A stretch of 64,000 bases of DNA from an uncultured Actinomycetes bacterium (lineage in GTDB: Bacteria; Actinomycetota; Thermoleophilia; Solirubrobacterales; Solirubrobacteraceae): contig CAVPQY010000005.1 of NCBI GenBank assembly GCA_963707695.1, forward strand, positions 100,050-164,049, read 5' to 3'. A model generated the notes under the pieces. It worked only from the letters and a program-made list of their open reading frames with translations, made no database searches and was not told where the DNA came from. Position 1 is the first letter of the stretch; every line of letters starts with the position of its first letter. Both the position numbers and the translations under genes were made by a program. Positions 20,866 through 31,135 of this stretch are shown here, one piece after another.

Positions 20866-21534
20866 ATGCCCGAGATGCCGAGCGAGGCCCTCATGTCGCC
20901 CCCCAGGTCGTCGCACACCCTGCCGTCCGCCCGGCTCGCCGCCGTCCCCGGCCGTGAGGACGCGGTGCCGGCCCGCCGCCCCGACCGGGCCGAGCGCCGC
21001 CTGGCCGCGCGCCTGCGCGCGGGGGACCCGGACGCGCTCGCGGGGGTCTACGAGCGCTGCGCCGCGGCGACCTTCGGCTTCCTCGTGCGCCTGATCGGCG
21101 ATCGCGCCGCCGCGGAGGACGTCCAGCAGCAGGTGTTCACCGAGGTCTGGCGCCGCGGCGCCGAGTACGACCCGGCCCGCGCCGGGCTCCTGACCTGGGT
21201 CATGACGATCGCCCGCAGCCGTGGCATCGACCATCTGCGCCGGCGCGTGCCCGAGCCGACCGACCCGCATGGCCCGCTCGCCCAGGCCGAGGCCGACCAC
21301 ACCGCGCCGCTCGAGGCGGACCGGCTGCTCGACCGCTGGCGGATGGCCGCCCACCTGCAGCGCATCCCGTCCGAGGAACGCCACCTGCTGCGGCTCCGCT
21401 TCTACGACGGGCTCACGCAGGCCGAGATCGCGGAGGCGACCGGGATCGCCCTGGGCACCGTCAAGACGCGGATGGTCCGCGGGCTGGCGCGGTTGCGCGA
21501 CCTGCTCGAGGCGGAGGAGGGTCCGGCGGCGTGA
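20866..21534 (+). CDS. ECF-type RNA polymerase sigma-70 family factor
   Basis: Track ORF 20866..21534. Region 2 reads AEDVQQQVFTEVWRRGAEYDPARAGLLTWVMTIARSRGIDHLRRR. Region 4 reads LRLRFYDGLTQAEIAEATGIALGTVKTRMVRGLARLR. Confidence 0.85.
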   Translation: MPEMPSEALMSPPRSSHTLPSARLAAVPGREDAVPARRPDRAERRLAARLRAGDPDALAGVYERCAAATFGFLVRLIGDRAAAEDVQQQVFTEVWRRGAEYDPARAGLLTWVMTIARSRGIDHLRRRVPEPTDPHGPLAQAEADHTAPLEADRLLDRWRMAAHLQRIPSEERHLLRLRFYDGLTQAEIAEATGIALGTVKTRMVRGLARLRDLLEAEEGPAA

Positions 21535-22298
21535 CCCGCGAGCCCGACCTGGTCGCGTACGTCACGGGCGAGCTGCCCGCCGACCAGGCGGCCGCCCTGG
21601 AGCGCCGCGAGCGCGACGACCCCGCCTTCGCCGCCGAGGTGGCGGCGCTGCGGCGCGTCGTGGTGCGGCTCGCCGACGTCGAGGCGGAGGGCTGGGCGCC
21701 GGCGTCGCCGCCGCCCCTGACGGTGGACCTGGACCCCTCCACGCGCGAGCCCGCCGCGCGCGAGCCCGCCGCTCCTCGCGGTCGCCTCGCCGCCCTGGGC
21801 GCCCGGCTCCTCGGCCGAGCCCCCGGCCGGCCTGTCGTGCTGCGCCCGGGCCTCGCCGCGGGCCTGGCCGCCGTGCTGCTGCTCGTGGGCGCGGGCGCGG
21901 GCGCCGTCGTGCGCGGCGGCGGCGACGATGGCGCCGGCCGCCCGCCGGCCGCGGCCGCACCGCCGGCCCGGACCGTCGTGGCGCTGCACACCGTGGGCGA
22001 GGGCCCGCCGGGCGCCGGCGCGGAGGCGGCCATGGCGGCGGGCCGCATGACGCTGGACGTCCACGGCCTGCGGCGCACCGCCCAGGGGGCCTTCTACGAG
22101 GTCTGGCTCCTGCGCACGCCCGAGCACCTCGTGAGCCTCGGCACCTTCAGGGTCGACGCCGCGGGGCGCGCGACGGTCATGCTGCCGGTCTCCGTCGACC
22201 CGCACCGCTTCCCGGTCGTCGACGTGTCGGTCGAGCCGGCGAACGGCGACCCGGCCCACTCGGCGCGCTCCGTGCTGCGCTCGGCGCCCATCACCTAG
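21531..22298 (+). CDS. Anti-sigma factor, RskA-like (zinc-less N-terminus, one TM helix, extracytoplasmic RskA domain)
   Basis: Track ORF 21531..22298. The GTG overlaps the sigma stop (GTGA). The TM helix is LAAGLAAVLLLVGAGAGAVV. The C-terminus is typical of anti-sigma-K C-terminal domains: FYEVWLLRTPEHLVSLGTFRVDAAGRATVMLPVSVDPHRFPVVDVSVEPANGDP. Confidence 0.75.
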   Translation: MTREPDLVAYVTGELPADQAAALERRERDDPAFAAEVAALRRVVVRLADVEAEGWAPASPPPLTVDLDPSTREPAAREPAAPRGRLAALGARLLGRAPGRPVVLRPGLAAGLAAVLLLVGAGAGAVVRGGGDDGAGRPPAAAAPPARTVVALHTVGEGPPGAGAEAAMAAGRMTLDVHGLRRTAQGAFYEVWLLRTPEHLVSLGTFRVDAAGRATVMLPVSVDPHRFPVVDVSVEPANGDPAHSARSVLRSAPIT

Positions 22299-22397
22299 GG
22301 GACTGAGATCGGCCGGGATGTCCCCCGGCGGGTTGCGCGCGGCCGCGATGGGGCGCACGCTCGCGATGCACCACCTGCCTGACCGCCGGGAGACCCC

Positions 22398-23339
22398 GTG
22401 CCCCAGCCGCTGCGCGTCCCGTCACGCGCCACCGCCATCGTCCTGGCCGCGCTCGTCAGCGTGGCCGCCGCCCTCGCCGTCCTCGCCGTCCTCGCCGCGC
22501 CGGCCGCGCACGCCGCCGACCGCCTGACCTGCGCGGGCTACGCCGAGCACCGCCAGTTCGTCGACGCGCAGTCGTGGTGGCTGCGGACCCCGGGCCGGTC
22601 GGGCACGAGCTTCGGCCACGTCCACCTCGGCGGCTGCATCCCCGAGCGCGAGGTGCAGCGCGGGACGATCGGCCTCGACGTGCGCCTCGTGCTGCACGAC
22701 AACCCCGGCAAGGTCGCGGAGGCGGTGCTCGTCACGAAGACGAACTCGTCCGAGGTCACGCGCATCCACGACCGCAGCCTGCGGGGCCTGACGTGCCCGC
22801 GCGGCACCTGCGAGCGGTGGATGCACTGGAACGTGCCGCTGAGCTGGTTCGACCGCTCCGGGCTGCAGGAGATCCGCTACCGCGCCTACGTCGACGTGCC
22901 CGACGGCAACCGCATGATCGTGTCGCTGAACTTCCAGACGACGATCGTCAACGGCCGGTCGCGCAGCACCTTCTCGCGGATGCCCTACCTCCGCGCCAAG
23001 GGCTGGTACACGCGGTCGGGGTACTGCGAGGCGTCCCTGCGCGAGCCGCTGCCCGACGCGGCCGTGCCCTGGTCGCACCGGTTCCCCGTCGCCGTCGTCG
23101 ACCACGGGTCCGGCGACCTGAACCCGACCCACGCCATCGCCCTACGCGACGCGGACTTCCACGCCGGGATCCCGGGCGTCCGCTACGCCGAGTCCAACGG
23201 GCCGCTCGGCGTGCGCGCCGTCCCCTTCGCGGCCTTCGCGCCGCTCGGGCGCCACAAGGCGCTGGTCCGCGCGGACTGCCGCGACCCGCGCGGGTCGACG
23301 AACTCCGGGGTGCTGGTCTTCCCCTACACGGTCCGTTGA
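22398..23339 (+). CDS. Secreted Cys-containing hypothetical protein
   Basis: Track ORF 22398..23339. The signal peptide is ATAIVLAALVSVAAALAVLAVLAAPAAHA. The mature part (ADRLTCAGYAEHRQFVDAQSWWLRTPGRSGTSFGHVHLGGCIPE...) matches no family I recognise. Confidence 0.6.
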   Translation: MPQPLRVPSRATAIVLAALVSVAAALAVLAVLAAPAAHAADRLTCAGYAEHRQFVDAQSWWLRTPGRSGTSFGHVHLGGCIPEREVQRGTIGLDVRLVLHDNPGKVAEAVLVTKTNSSEVTRIHDRSLRGLTCPRGTCERWMHWNVPLSWFDRSGLQEIRYRAYVDVPDGNRMIVSLNFQTTIVNGRSRSTFSRMPYLRAKGWYTRSGYCEASLREPLPDAAVPWSHRFPVAVVDHGSGDLNPTHAIALRDADFHAGIPGVRYAESNGPLGVRAVPFAAFAPLGRHKALVRADCRDPRGSTNSGVLVFPYTVR

Positions 23340-23398
23340 GCCTGGTCGCGGTGCGCTGAGCAGGGCCGCGCGGCCGGTCGCAGTACCCTCCCGCGGCC

Positions 23399-24454
23399 AT
23401 GCCGATCCCTGACGTCCTGCGCAGCCTGCTCACCGCCACCGGCCCGTCGGGCTACGAGACCGCCCCCGCGCGCGCCTTCGCCGAGGCGGCGTCGGCCTTC
23501 GCGGAGGTGACGACCGACGTCATGGGCTCCGTGTGGGCCCGGGTGCCCGGCACGGGCGGTGGGCCCACGCTGGCGATCGTCGGCCACATCGACGAGATCG
23601 GCCTCATCGTCACCCACATCGAGGACACGGGCTTCCTGCGCTTCATCGGCGTGGGTGGCTGGGACCCGCAGATCCTCATCGGCCAGCGGGTCGAGGTCAG
23701 CACGAAGGACGGCCCCATCCCCGGCGTCATCGGCAAGAAGCCGATCCACGTGCTCTCGCCGGAGGACCGCAAGAAGGTGCCCGACCTCAAGGAGCTCCAC
23801 CTCGACATCGGCGCGAAGGACGGCGACGAGGCCCGCGCGATGGTCCGCGCCGGCGACGTCGCGGTCATCGCCGGCGACCCGATGGAGCTGCCGCACGGGC
23901 GCGCCGTGTCGCGCTCGATGGACAACCGCCTCGGCTGCTACGTCGCCTACGAGGCGGCGCGCCTGGTGGCCGAGGCCGGCGGCGCGCCGGGCGACGTCGT
24001 GGCCGTGGCCGCGGTCCAGGAGGAGACGACGTTCGGCGGCTCGACGACGACGGCCTACAGCCTGCGCCCCGACGTCGCCCTGGTCGTCGACGTCACCCAC
24101 GCGACCGACGCGCCCGGCGTCGACGCGACCGAGATCGGCGCGCACCCGTTCGGGTCGGGCCCGGTCATCGAGCGGGGGTCGAACGTCCACCCGGCGGTCT
24201 TCGAGGCCCTGGCCGCGACGGCCGCCGAGGCGTCGATCCCCTACACGATCCAGGCCTCGGCCCGGCACACGGGCACCGACCTCGACGCCTTCCACGTCAG
24301 CCGCGGGGGCATCCCGAGCGGCGGCCTCGGCCTCCCGCTGCGCTACATGCACTCCCCGGTCGAGATGGTGGACCTGGCCGACATCGAGCAGGCTGCGCGG
24401 CTCGCCGCGGCCTTCGCGCAGCGCCTGGCCGCCGGGACGGTCTTCGCCCGCTAG
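23399..24454 (+). CDS. M42-family metallopeptidase (glutamyl aminopeptidase / FrvX-like)
   Basis: Track ORF 23399..24454. It reads [65 protein letters not shown] and [11 protein letters not shown]. Confidence 0.85.
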   Translation: MPIPDVLRSLLTATGPSGYETAPARAFAEAASAFAEVTTDVMGSVWARVPGTGGGPTLAIVGHIDEIGLIVTHIEDTGFLRFIGVGGWDPQILIGQRVEVSTKDGPIPGVIGKKPIHVLSPEDRKKVPDLKELHLDIGAKDGDEARAMVRAGDVAVIAGDPMELPHGRAVSRSMDNRLGCYVAYEAARLVAEAGGAPGDVVAVAAVQEETTFGGSTTTAYSLRPDVALVVDVTHATDAPGVDATEIGAHPFGSGPVIERGSNVHPAVFEALAATAAEASIPYTIQASARHTGTDLDAFHVSRGGIPSGGLGLPLRYMHSPVEMVDLADIEQAARLAAAFAQRLAAGTVFAR

Positions 24455-25887
24455 CGCTGGACGCTCTTGACGGTCGTCAGCTCGACCATGCCCCACGGCC
24501 CGTACTCACGGCCGTGCCCGGACTGCTTGACGCCCCCGAACGGCGCGAGCGGGTTGTGGGCGGCGCCGTTGAGCTCGACCTGTCCGGTGCGCAGGCGGCG
24601 CGCGACGCGCAGCGCGCGCTCCTCGTCGGCCGACCACACGCCGCCGGCCAGCCCGTAGGGCGAGTCGTTGGCGATCCGGACCGCGTCGTCCTCGTCGTCG
24701 TAGGGCAGGATCGACAGGACCGGGCCGAAGATCTCCTCCCGTGCGATCGTCATGCCCGGCTCGACGCCGCCGAAGACGGTGGGGCGGACGAAGAAGCCCC
24801 GCTCGAGGCCCCGGGGCGGCTCGGACCCGCCCGCGAGCAGGCGCGCTCCCTCCGCCTCGCCGGCGGCCAGGTGGCCGAGGACGCGGTCGCGCTGCACGGC
24901 GCTGACGAGCGGGCCGAGGTCCGTCGCGGGGTCGAAGGGATCGCCGACGACGACCGCGTCCGCGACCGCGACCGCGATCGCCTCGGCCTCGGCGGCCCCC
25001 GCCCGAGGCACGAGCATGCGGGTCAGCGCGCTGCAGGTCTGCCCGCTGTTGAGGAAGCACTTCGCGACGCCGTCCGGGACGGCGACGGCGAGGTCGGCGT
25101 CCTCGAGCAGGACGTTGGCCGACTTGCCGCCGAGCTCCAGCGCGACCGGCTTGACCGTCGCCGCGGCCAGCTCGCTCACGCGCCGGCCGGCGCGGGTCGA
25201 GCCGGTGAAGGAGACGAGGTCGACGTCGGGGTGGGCGGCCAGGGCCTCGCCGACGACCGGCCCGGTCCCCGTGACGAGGTTGAAGACGCCGGGCGGCAGG
25301 CCGGCGGCCTCGACGACCTCGGCCAGCACGAAGGCGTTCAGGGGGGTGACCTCGCTCGGCTTGACCACGACGGTGCAGCCGACCGCCAGGGCCGCCGCGA
25401 CCTTCGCCGCGATCTGGTGCAGGGGGTAGTTCCACGGCGTGATGCAGCCGACGACGCCGACCGGCTCGCGCAGGACGAGCGAGTTGCCGAGCTCGGTGCG
25501 CCACGGCACCTCCTCGACGAGCGCCGGCGCGGTCCGGAAGGTCGCCAGCGGCAGTCCGACCTGGATCGGCCGGGCCTGCAGGGCCGGCATGCCGAGCTCG
25601 GTCGCGATGAGGACGGTGAGCTCGTCGGCGCGCGCCTCGAGCCCGTCGGCGATGCGGGTCAGCGCCGCCTGGCGGACCTCGAGCGGCGCCTGCGACCACG
25701 CCGGGAAGGCGGCGCGCGCCGCCGCGACCGCGCGGTCGACGTCGGCCGGCGTCCCGAGCGGGATGCGCCCGGCGACCTCCTCCGTGGCGGGGTTGACGAC
25801 GTCGAGCACGTGGTCGGAGGACGGTGCCATCCAGGCGCCGCCGACGTAGAGGTGCTCGCGGACATGCAGGGGGGTGAGGACGCTCAT
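24451..25887 (-). CDS. NAD(P)-dependent aldehyde dehydrogenase
   Basis: Track ORF 24451..25887. It reads [67 protein letters not shown] and [13 protein letters not shown]. Confidence 0.9.
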   Translation of the reverse strand: MSVLTPLHVREHLYVGGAWMAPSSDHVLDVVNPATEEVAGRIPLGTPADVDRAVAAARAAFPAWSQAPLEVRQAALTRIADGLEARADELTVLIATELGMPALQARPIQVGLPLATFRTAPALVEEVPWRTELGNSLVLREPVGVVGCITPWNYPLHQIAAKVAAALAVGCTVVVKPSEVTPLNAFVLAEVVEAAGLPPGVFNLVTGTGPVVGEALAAHPDVDLVSFTGSTRAGRRVSELAAATVKPVALELGGKSANVLLEDADLAVAVPDGVAKCFLNSGQTCSALTRMLVPRAGAAEAEAIAVAVADAVVVGDPFDPATDLGPLVSAVQRDRVLGHLAAGEAEGARLLAGGSEPPRGLERGFFVRPTVFGGVEPGMTIAREEIFGPVLSILPYDDEDDAVRIANDSPYGLAGGVWSADEERALRVARRLRTGQVELNGAAHNPLAPFGGVKQSGHGREYGPWGMVELTTVKSVQR

Positions 25888-25900
25888 GGCTCGCTCCTGG

Positions 25901-27910
25901 TCAGGCCTGGGCGGCGGCGGTGGCGCGCCCGGCGCCGGCCTCGGCCGCGATGGTGGTGGCGGTCCGGTGCGCGAGCGCCATGACCGAGATCATCGGGTTC
26001 GTCCCCGACGCGGTCGGGAACGCGCTCGCGTCGCCGATCCACACGCCGGGGGTGTCGTGCAGCTCGCCCCTGGGGTCCGCGACCGACGTCGCCGGGTCCG
26101 CGCCCATCCGCGCGCTGCCCATCTGGTGCGCCGTGAAGAGCCGCACGCCACCGGCGCGCAGCGGCAGCCGGCGCAGGCGCGCGACGAACGCCTCGAGGTC
26201 GTCGCCGCGGCGCCACGTGGGGCCGCCGGTGGCGAGGATCGCGGCGTCGCTCGCGCCCGCGGCCTCGTGGAGGCGCACGAGCGCGTCGAAGGCCCGGTGC
26301 ATCGTGGCGACGTCGACCGGGTCGGTCAGCGCGTACGTCACGACCGCCTGGCCGGCCTCGTCGACGGTCACGCGGCCGGCGCCGCGATCCCGGATGCGCC
26401 CGAGGAAGGCGCCGCCGGTGCGGAAGCGCTCCATCTGCTCCTTGTGGGCGGCCGCGGTCGTGAACGGCGCGGCCGAGCCGATGAGCCCGGGCGCGTACTG
26501 CGTGCCCTCGATGCGGAAGCCGAACCCCTCCGCGTCGGCGCCGGACTCGAACTCGTCGACGAGCAGCGCGTGCGGCGCGCCCCACCAGGCCTGGAGGTCC
26601 TCGGTGTAGCCCCCGAGGGCGGCCACCGTCGGATGCAGGTGCAGACCCTGGCCGGCGGCCGGGCCGCCGATCCCCGAGCGCAGCAGGAGCGCGGGCGTCT
26701 CCAGCGCCCCGGCCGCGACGACGACCCTGGGAGCGCGGACCTCGACCCGCGCGGGCGCGCGCGCCGGATCGTCGCGGTCGGTCCACGTGCCGGTCACGCC
26801 CGCGGCGCGGCCGTCGGCGCCGACGAGCACGCGGTCGACGGTGCAGCCCGCGACGATCCGCGCGCCGGCGTCGTGGGCGTCCTGGAGGTACGTCCGCAGC
26901 GTCGAGCGCTTCGCGCCCGAGCGGTCGCCGAAGCCGAGGTGGCCGCCTGACGCGGCGTCGTAGCGCTCCGGGTCGACGTTGCGCGCGGCGACGCTGTGCG
27001 CCCACCCCAGCGCGCGGGCGCCGTCGCGCATCCGTCGCTGGACCCCGTTGGGCTCCGAGCAGGCGTCGGTCACGCCGAGGCGCGACCAGACCGCGTCGAG
27101 GTGGGCGTCGAAGGCGCCGGTGGCGACGTCGCCGAGCCCGGCCGCGGCCCACTCGTCGCGCACCCACGGGCGGGTGCGCAGGCAGTTCGTCCAGTTCACC
27201 GTCGTCCCGCCGCCGAGCGCGGCGCCGGCCATGAGCGTGATGTTCAGGTCGGCGCTCGGCGTCGGCCCGCCACGCCAGTAGAGGTCCTGGTAGGCCGCGA
27301 GCTCGAGCCCGGTGAAGTCCTCTTCGCTGCGGTACGGCCCCGCCTCGAGGACGACGACGCGCAGCCCGCTCCCGGCCAGGACGGCGGCCGCGACGGCGCC
27401 ACCGGCGCCCGAGCCGACGACCACCGCGTCCGCCTCGAGCACGAGCTCGCCGCCGTCGGGCACGGTGACCCGGAGGTCCTGCCGCGGCGGCGGCGTGACC
27501 GCCGGCGGGCCGGGGTACCCGAGCGCCGCCCAGTTGGCGTTGAGGCCCGTCGACGGGTCCGCCATCCCGTAGGCGAGGAAGAGGACGAGGGACACGAGCG
27601 CGCCGACCCCGGCCGCGGCCGGCCCGCCGCCGAGGAGCGAGACGTTCAGCAGCGTCTGCTCGCGCGAGGCCTGCGAGCGGCCGGCGAAGCGCTGCTGGTC
27701 GAGGGCGTCGAGCAGCCCCAGCAGCCCGTCGCGCTGGGCCGGCGCGAGGGCGAGGAGCGCCTGCTCGGCGGCCACGTCGACCCCGACGCTCGTCGCGCTG
27801 CGCGCCCACAGCCCGTCCGGGTCGTGCGCGCGGGGGAGGCTGGGGACCACGGTGTCGCACAGCGCGCGCAGCACGGCGCGCCGTCGGTCGTCGAACGGCG
27901 GCTGGGACAT
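25901..27910 (-). CDS. GMC-family FAD oxidoreductase, long-chain alcohol oxidase-like
   Basis: Track ORF 25901..28237 trimmed to ATG 27910 ([20 protein letters not shown]...). It reads [32 protein letters not shown] and [13 protein letters not shown]. The C-terminal GMC signature reads [12 protein letters not shown]...[25 protein letters not shown]. Confidence 0.85.
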   Translation of the reverse strand: MSQPPFDDRRRAVLRALCDTVVPSLPRAHDPDGLWARSATSVGVDVAAEQALLALAPAQRDGLLGLLDALDQQRFAGRSQASREQTLLNVSLLGGGPAAAGVGALVSLVLFLAYGMADPSTGLNANWAALGYPGPPAVTPPPRQDLRVTVPDGGELVLEADAVVVGSGAGGAVAAAVLAGSGLRVVVLEAGPYRSEEDFTGLELAAYQDLYWRGGPTPSADLNITLMAGAALGGGTTVNWTNCLRTRPWVRDEWAAAGLGDVATGAFDAHLDAVWSRLGVTDACSEPNGVQRRMRDGARALGWAHSVAARNVDPERYDAASGGHLGFGDRSGAKRSTLRTYLQDAHDAGARIVAGCTVDRVLVGADGRAAGVTGTWTDRDDPARAPARVEVRAPRVVVAAGALETPALLLRSGIGGPAAGQGLHLHPTVAALGGYTEDLQAWWGAPHALLVDEFESGADAEGFGFRIEGTQYAPGLIGSAAPFTTAAAHKEQMERFRTGGAFLGRIRDRGAGRVTVDEAGQAVVTYALTDPVDVATMHRAFDALVRLHEAAGASDAAILATGGPTWRRGDDLEAFVARLRRLPLRAGGVRLFTAHQMGSARMGADPATSVADPRGELHDTPGVWIGDASAFPTASGTNPMISVMALAHRTATTIAAEAGAGRATAAAQA

Positions 27911-27914
27911 GGCC

Positions 27915-27927
27915 TGACAGCGTGTCA
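27915..27927. promoter_or_regulatory. Palindrome TGACA-GCG-TGTCA immediately upstream of the GMC oxidase start (candidate operator)
   Basis: Perfect 5-bp inverted repeat with a 3-bp spacer, 5 nt upstream of ATG 27910 in the 88-nt divergent gap to the HAD gene. Confidence 0.35.
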
Positions 27928-27998
27928 AACCACGGGGCCGCCCGCCAGCGCCGTCCACGGGCCGGCGCACCCGGCGGCGCTTCGGGCATGCTGGCGGC

Positions 27999-28682
27999 GT
28001 GGCCCGCCTCCTGCTCTTCGACATCGACGGCACGCTGCTGCTGCGCGCGAGCGCGGAGCACCGCGACGCCGTCCACGAGGCCATCCGCGTGGTCTGGCCG
28101 GCCGTCGACCCCGACGGCCTGCACGTGGAGGCGGCCGGGCGCACCGATCTCGACATCGTCCGCGACGTGCTCGTCCTGGCCGGCGTCGACGCCCGGCGGA
28201 TCGACGACGGGATGCCGAGCTTCCGCGACGCCGCCACGGAGGCCTACGCGCGCCGTTGCCCGCCGGACCTGCGCGACAAGGTCGCCCCGGGCGTGCCGGC
28301 CGTGCTCGAGGCCCTGCGCGAGCGCGGCGAGGTGCTCGCGCTGGTCACGGGCAACCTCGAGCCGATCGCGCGCCTCAAGCTCGAGCGCGCCGGCCTGGGC
28401 CGGTTCTTCGCCCGCGGCGAGGGCGGCTTCGGCTCCGACCACGAGGACCGCGCCGCGCTGCCGCCGATCGCCCGCGCCCGGGCCGGGCGCCGGGCCGGGT
28501 TGGAGCGCCCGTGGCCGCGGTCGCGAACCGTCGTGGTGGGCGACACCCCGCGCGACGTCGCCTGCGCCCGCGCCGACGGCGTCCGCGTCGTCGCCGTCAC
28601 GACGGGGCCCTTCGGCCGCGACGAGCTGACCGGGGCCGACGCCGTCGTCGACCGCGCGACCGACCTGCTCGACGTCCTCTGA
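27999..28682 (+). CDS. HAD-superfamily hydrolase (phosphoglycolate phosphatase-like)
   Basis: Track ORF 27999..28682. Motif I is LLLFDIDGTLL. It also reads LALVTGN and VVVGDTPRDVACARADG. Confidence 0.8.
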   Translation: MARLLLFDIDGTLLLRASAEHRDAVHEAIRVVWPAVDPDGLHVEAAGRTDLDIVRDVLVLAGVDARRIDDGMPSFRDAATEAYARRCPPDLRDKVAPGVPAVLEALRERGEVLALVTGNLEPIARLKLERAGLGRFFARGEGGFGSDHEDRAALPPIARARAGRRAGLERPWPRSRTVVVGDTPRDVACARADGVRVVAVTTGPFGRDELTGADAVVDRATDLLDVL

Positions 28683-28720
28683 TCCGGGCGCGCCGGCGCC
28701 GAGGGCCGGCTCGCGCGCGC

Positions 28721-29638
28721 TCAGCCGCGCAGCGCCTCGCGCTGCTCGAGCTCGCTGCGCACGGCGTCCTCGTCGAAGCGGAAGTACGAGCGCGGCGGGA
28801 GGATCCCCCAGGCGTTGGAGGCGTGCGGGTCGTCCGGGAACCGCCGCGGCTCGTGGTCGGCCTCGAGCTGCTCGAGGTCGCAGAAGAGCTCGATGAAGTG
28901 CTCCTCCTCCACCATCCGCCAGTAGGCGAAGAGGTTCTGCGCCATCGAGTGGCGCCCCGGCCCCCACACGACGTTGCGCCCGTGCTGGGCGAGGTGGTCG
29001 AGCGCGACGCGCAGCTCGCCCCAGTCCACGAGCTCGAAGGCGAGGTGGTGGAGGTGCTCGTAGCCCTTCTCCAGGAACGCCAGGACGTGGTGGTCGCGGT
29101 CGCAGTGCAGCCAGACCGCGCCGTCGCCGATCCGGTCGGTCACCGCGAGGCCGAGGACGTCGGTGTAGAAGGCGACGAGCGGCCCGACGTCCGCGGTGAG
29201 GTAGTTCACGTGCTGGAAGCGGCGCGGGTGGAACGCGGGCAGCGCGTCGGTGCGGCGGAAGACCGGCGGGGTGCGGTCCTCGGGGAGGACCCGCTCGAGC
29301 AGCGCGACGCCGTTGCCGGCGGGGTCCTGCAGCCGCAGCCCGCGGCCGCGCACGGGGACGTCGACCTCGTGCGCGTCGACGCCGTGCGCGGCCAGCCGGT
29401 CGGCGGCCTGCGCGAGCGTCGTGCCCCGGCGCAGCTCGTAGGCGACGAACTCGACGCCGGGCGCGGCGTCGTCCGCCGGCACGAGGTCGAGGCAGAAGTC
29501 CTCGTAGGCGCAGCGCAGCAGGGCGTGCCGACCGTCGCCGTCGCGCTCGCCGGTCAGCCCCAGCAGTCGCCCGTAGCGGGCCGCGGCCTCGTCGACGTCG
29601 GCCGTGCGGACGCGCGCGTGGTGGATCGAGCCGACCAT
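28721..29638 (-). CDS. Type I extradiol ring-cleavage dioxygenase (two-domain VOC fold; catechol/homoprotocatechuate 2,3-dioxygenase-like)
   Basis: C-terminal 305 aa of track ORF 28721..31303 from ATG 29638. It reads MVGSIHHARVRTADVDEAAARYGRLLGL..., FQHVNYLTADVGPLVAFYTDVLGLAVTDRI..., WLHCDRDHHVLAF, HLHHLAFEL and GPGRHSMAQNLFAYW. Confidence 0.8.
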   Translation of the reverse strand: MVGSIHHARVRTADVDEAAARYGRLLGLTGERDGDGRHALLRCAYEDFCLDLVPADDAAPGVEFVAYELRRGTTLAQAADRLAAHGVDAHEVDVPVRGRGLRLQDPAGNGVALLERVLPEDRTPPVFRRTDALPAFHPRRFQHVNYLTADVGPLVAFYTDVLGLAVTDRIGDGAVWLHCDRDHHVLAFLEKGYEHLHHLAFELVDWGELRVALDHLAQHGRNVVWGPGRHSMAQNLFAYWRMVEEEHFIELFCDLEQLEADHEPRRFPDDPHASNAWGILPPRSYFRFDEDAVRSELEQREALRG

Positions 29639-29640
29639 GG

Positions 29641-31135
29641 TCAGCGGCCCTCCTCGTAGAGCGACGTGCGCTCGCAGACGGTCTTGACGTCGCAGTAGAA
29701 GTCGAACGAGTGGTGGCCGCCCTCGCGGCCGATGCCCGAGTCCTTCGTCCCGCCGAACGGCGTCTCGAGGTCGCGGACGTAGAAGCAGTTGACCCACACC
29801 GTGCCCGCGCTGATCCGCGCGCTGAGCTCGTGGGCGCGGTCCGGGGAGCCCGTGTAGATCGTGGCGGCGAGGCCGAAGTCGGTGGCGTTGGCCAGCCGGA
29901 CGGCCTCCGCGTCGTCCTCGAAGGGCTGCAGCGCCAGGACCGGGCCGAAGACCTCCTGGCGCAGGAGCTCGGCGCCGGCGGGGACGTCGGTGAAGAGCGT
30001 CGGCGGGTAGTACAGGCCGCCGAGCGGCTCGCCCCCGAAGGCGAGCGTGGCGCCTTCCTCGAGCGCGCGGTGCGACGTGCGTGGTCACGCGCTCGAGCGC
30101 GACCGGGTGGATGAGCGGGCCGTACGTCGTGCCCGGCTCGCGCGGGTCGCCGACGCGGATGGCGCCGACGCGCGCGCTGAAGCGCTCCAGGAAGTCGTCC
30201 AGCACCGAGCGCTGGACGAGCAGCCGGGTGCCGGCGAGGCAGACCTGGCCGGAGTTGTCGTACTGGTAGGCGGCGGTCGCCGCGGCGGCGTCGAGGTCGG
30301 CGTCGTCGAGGACGACGAAGGGCGACTTGCCCCCGAGCTCGAAGGAGACGGGCGTCAGCTGGGCGGCGGCGTCGCGGTACACGGTGCGCGCGGTCGCCGG
30401 CGAGCCGGTGAAGGCCACGCGGTCGACGCCGGGGTGGCCGGTGAGCGGCGCGCCCGCCTCCGCGCCGGTGCCGTGCACGACGTTCAGGACTCCGGGCGGC
30501 AGGCCCGCCTCCAGGGCGAGGTCGCCGAGCATGGAGCAGGTCAGCGGGGCCCACTCCGGCGGCTTGAGCACGACGGTGTCCCCCGCCGCCAGCGCGGGCC
30601 CGACGCGCCAGGTGGCGAGCATGAACGGCGCGTTCCAGGGCGTGGAGACGGCGACGACGCCGGCCGGGTCGTGCCGGACGGCGTTGCGCTCGCCGCCGGG
30701 CAGGGTGCGGGGCGCCTCGGCCAGGCGCTCGACGGCGAAGTCGGCGAAGAAGCGGATGTTGCTCGCGCCGCGCGGCAGGACGCGCAGGCGCATCGCCTCC
30801 AGCAGCGACCCGTTGTCGACCGTCTCGACGGCCGCGAGGTCGGGCACCGCCGCGGCGATCGCCTCCGCGAAGCGCGACAGGAGCGGGCGCCGGCCCTCGG
30901 GGCCGAGCGCCGCCCACGCGGGGAAGGCGGCGCGCGCGGCCGCCACGGCCGCGTCGACCTCGGCCGGGCCGCCGGCCGCGACGTCGGCCAGGCGCCGGTC
31001 CCAGCTCAGGGGCGAGCGCACCTCGAAGGTCCGCCCGCCGGCGCTGGGCACGCGCTCGCCGCCGATGAGGTGGTCGGTCGGGACGGCGACGCCCTCGACG
31101 GTGGCCGTGCGGCCGGTGGTCGTCGTGCTGCTCAT
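29641..31135 (-). pseudogene. Aldehyde dehydrogenase, hydroxymuconic/5-carboxymethyl-2-hydroxymuconic semialdehyde dehydrogenase-like; frameshifted as sequenced (extra base near 30069-30070)
   Basis: The N-terminal 355 aa are in the frame of ORF 28721..31303 from ATG 31135 (MSSTTTTGRTATVEG...STPWNAPFMLATWRVGPALAAGDTVVLKPPEWAP...FELGGKSPFVV...NSGQVCLAGTRLLV...HPVALERVTTHVA). My own translation of the next frame gives a perfect ALDH C-terminus: RALEEGATLAFGGEPLGGLYYPPTLFTDV...QEVFGPVLALQPFEDDAEAVRLANATDFGLAATIYT...VWVNCFYVRDLETPFGGTKDSGIGREGG...YEEGR, with the stop at 29643-29641. Confidence 0.8.

Noticed and set aside
20780-20866. A SigK-like autoregulatory promoter (ACATCC ... GCGTAC) upstream of the ECF sigma gene, and a related motif upstream of 22398.
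   Set aside because: The resemblance to the remembered mycobacterial SigK consensus is weak, and the two upstream regions do not share a convincing common motif by eye.
25884-30917. Very long track ORFs: 25884..30917 (1677 aa), 43207..46773 (1188 aa), 11609..14311 (900 aa), 3636..5417, 53850..56036, the N-terminal two-thirds of 57..2549, and others.
   Set aside because: Their translations are monotonous Arg/Pro/Gly/Ala strings without motifs. They overlap, in other frames or on the other strand, ORFs with clear family signatures. Stop codons are simply rare in DNA this GC-rich. Only the motif-bearing segments were kept, for example the histidine kinase at 1299..2549 and the ParB-like tail at 46096..46773.
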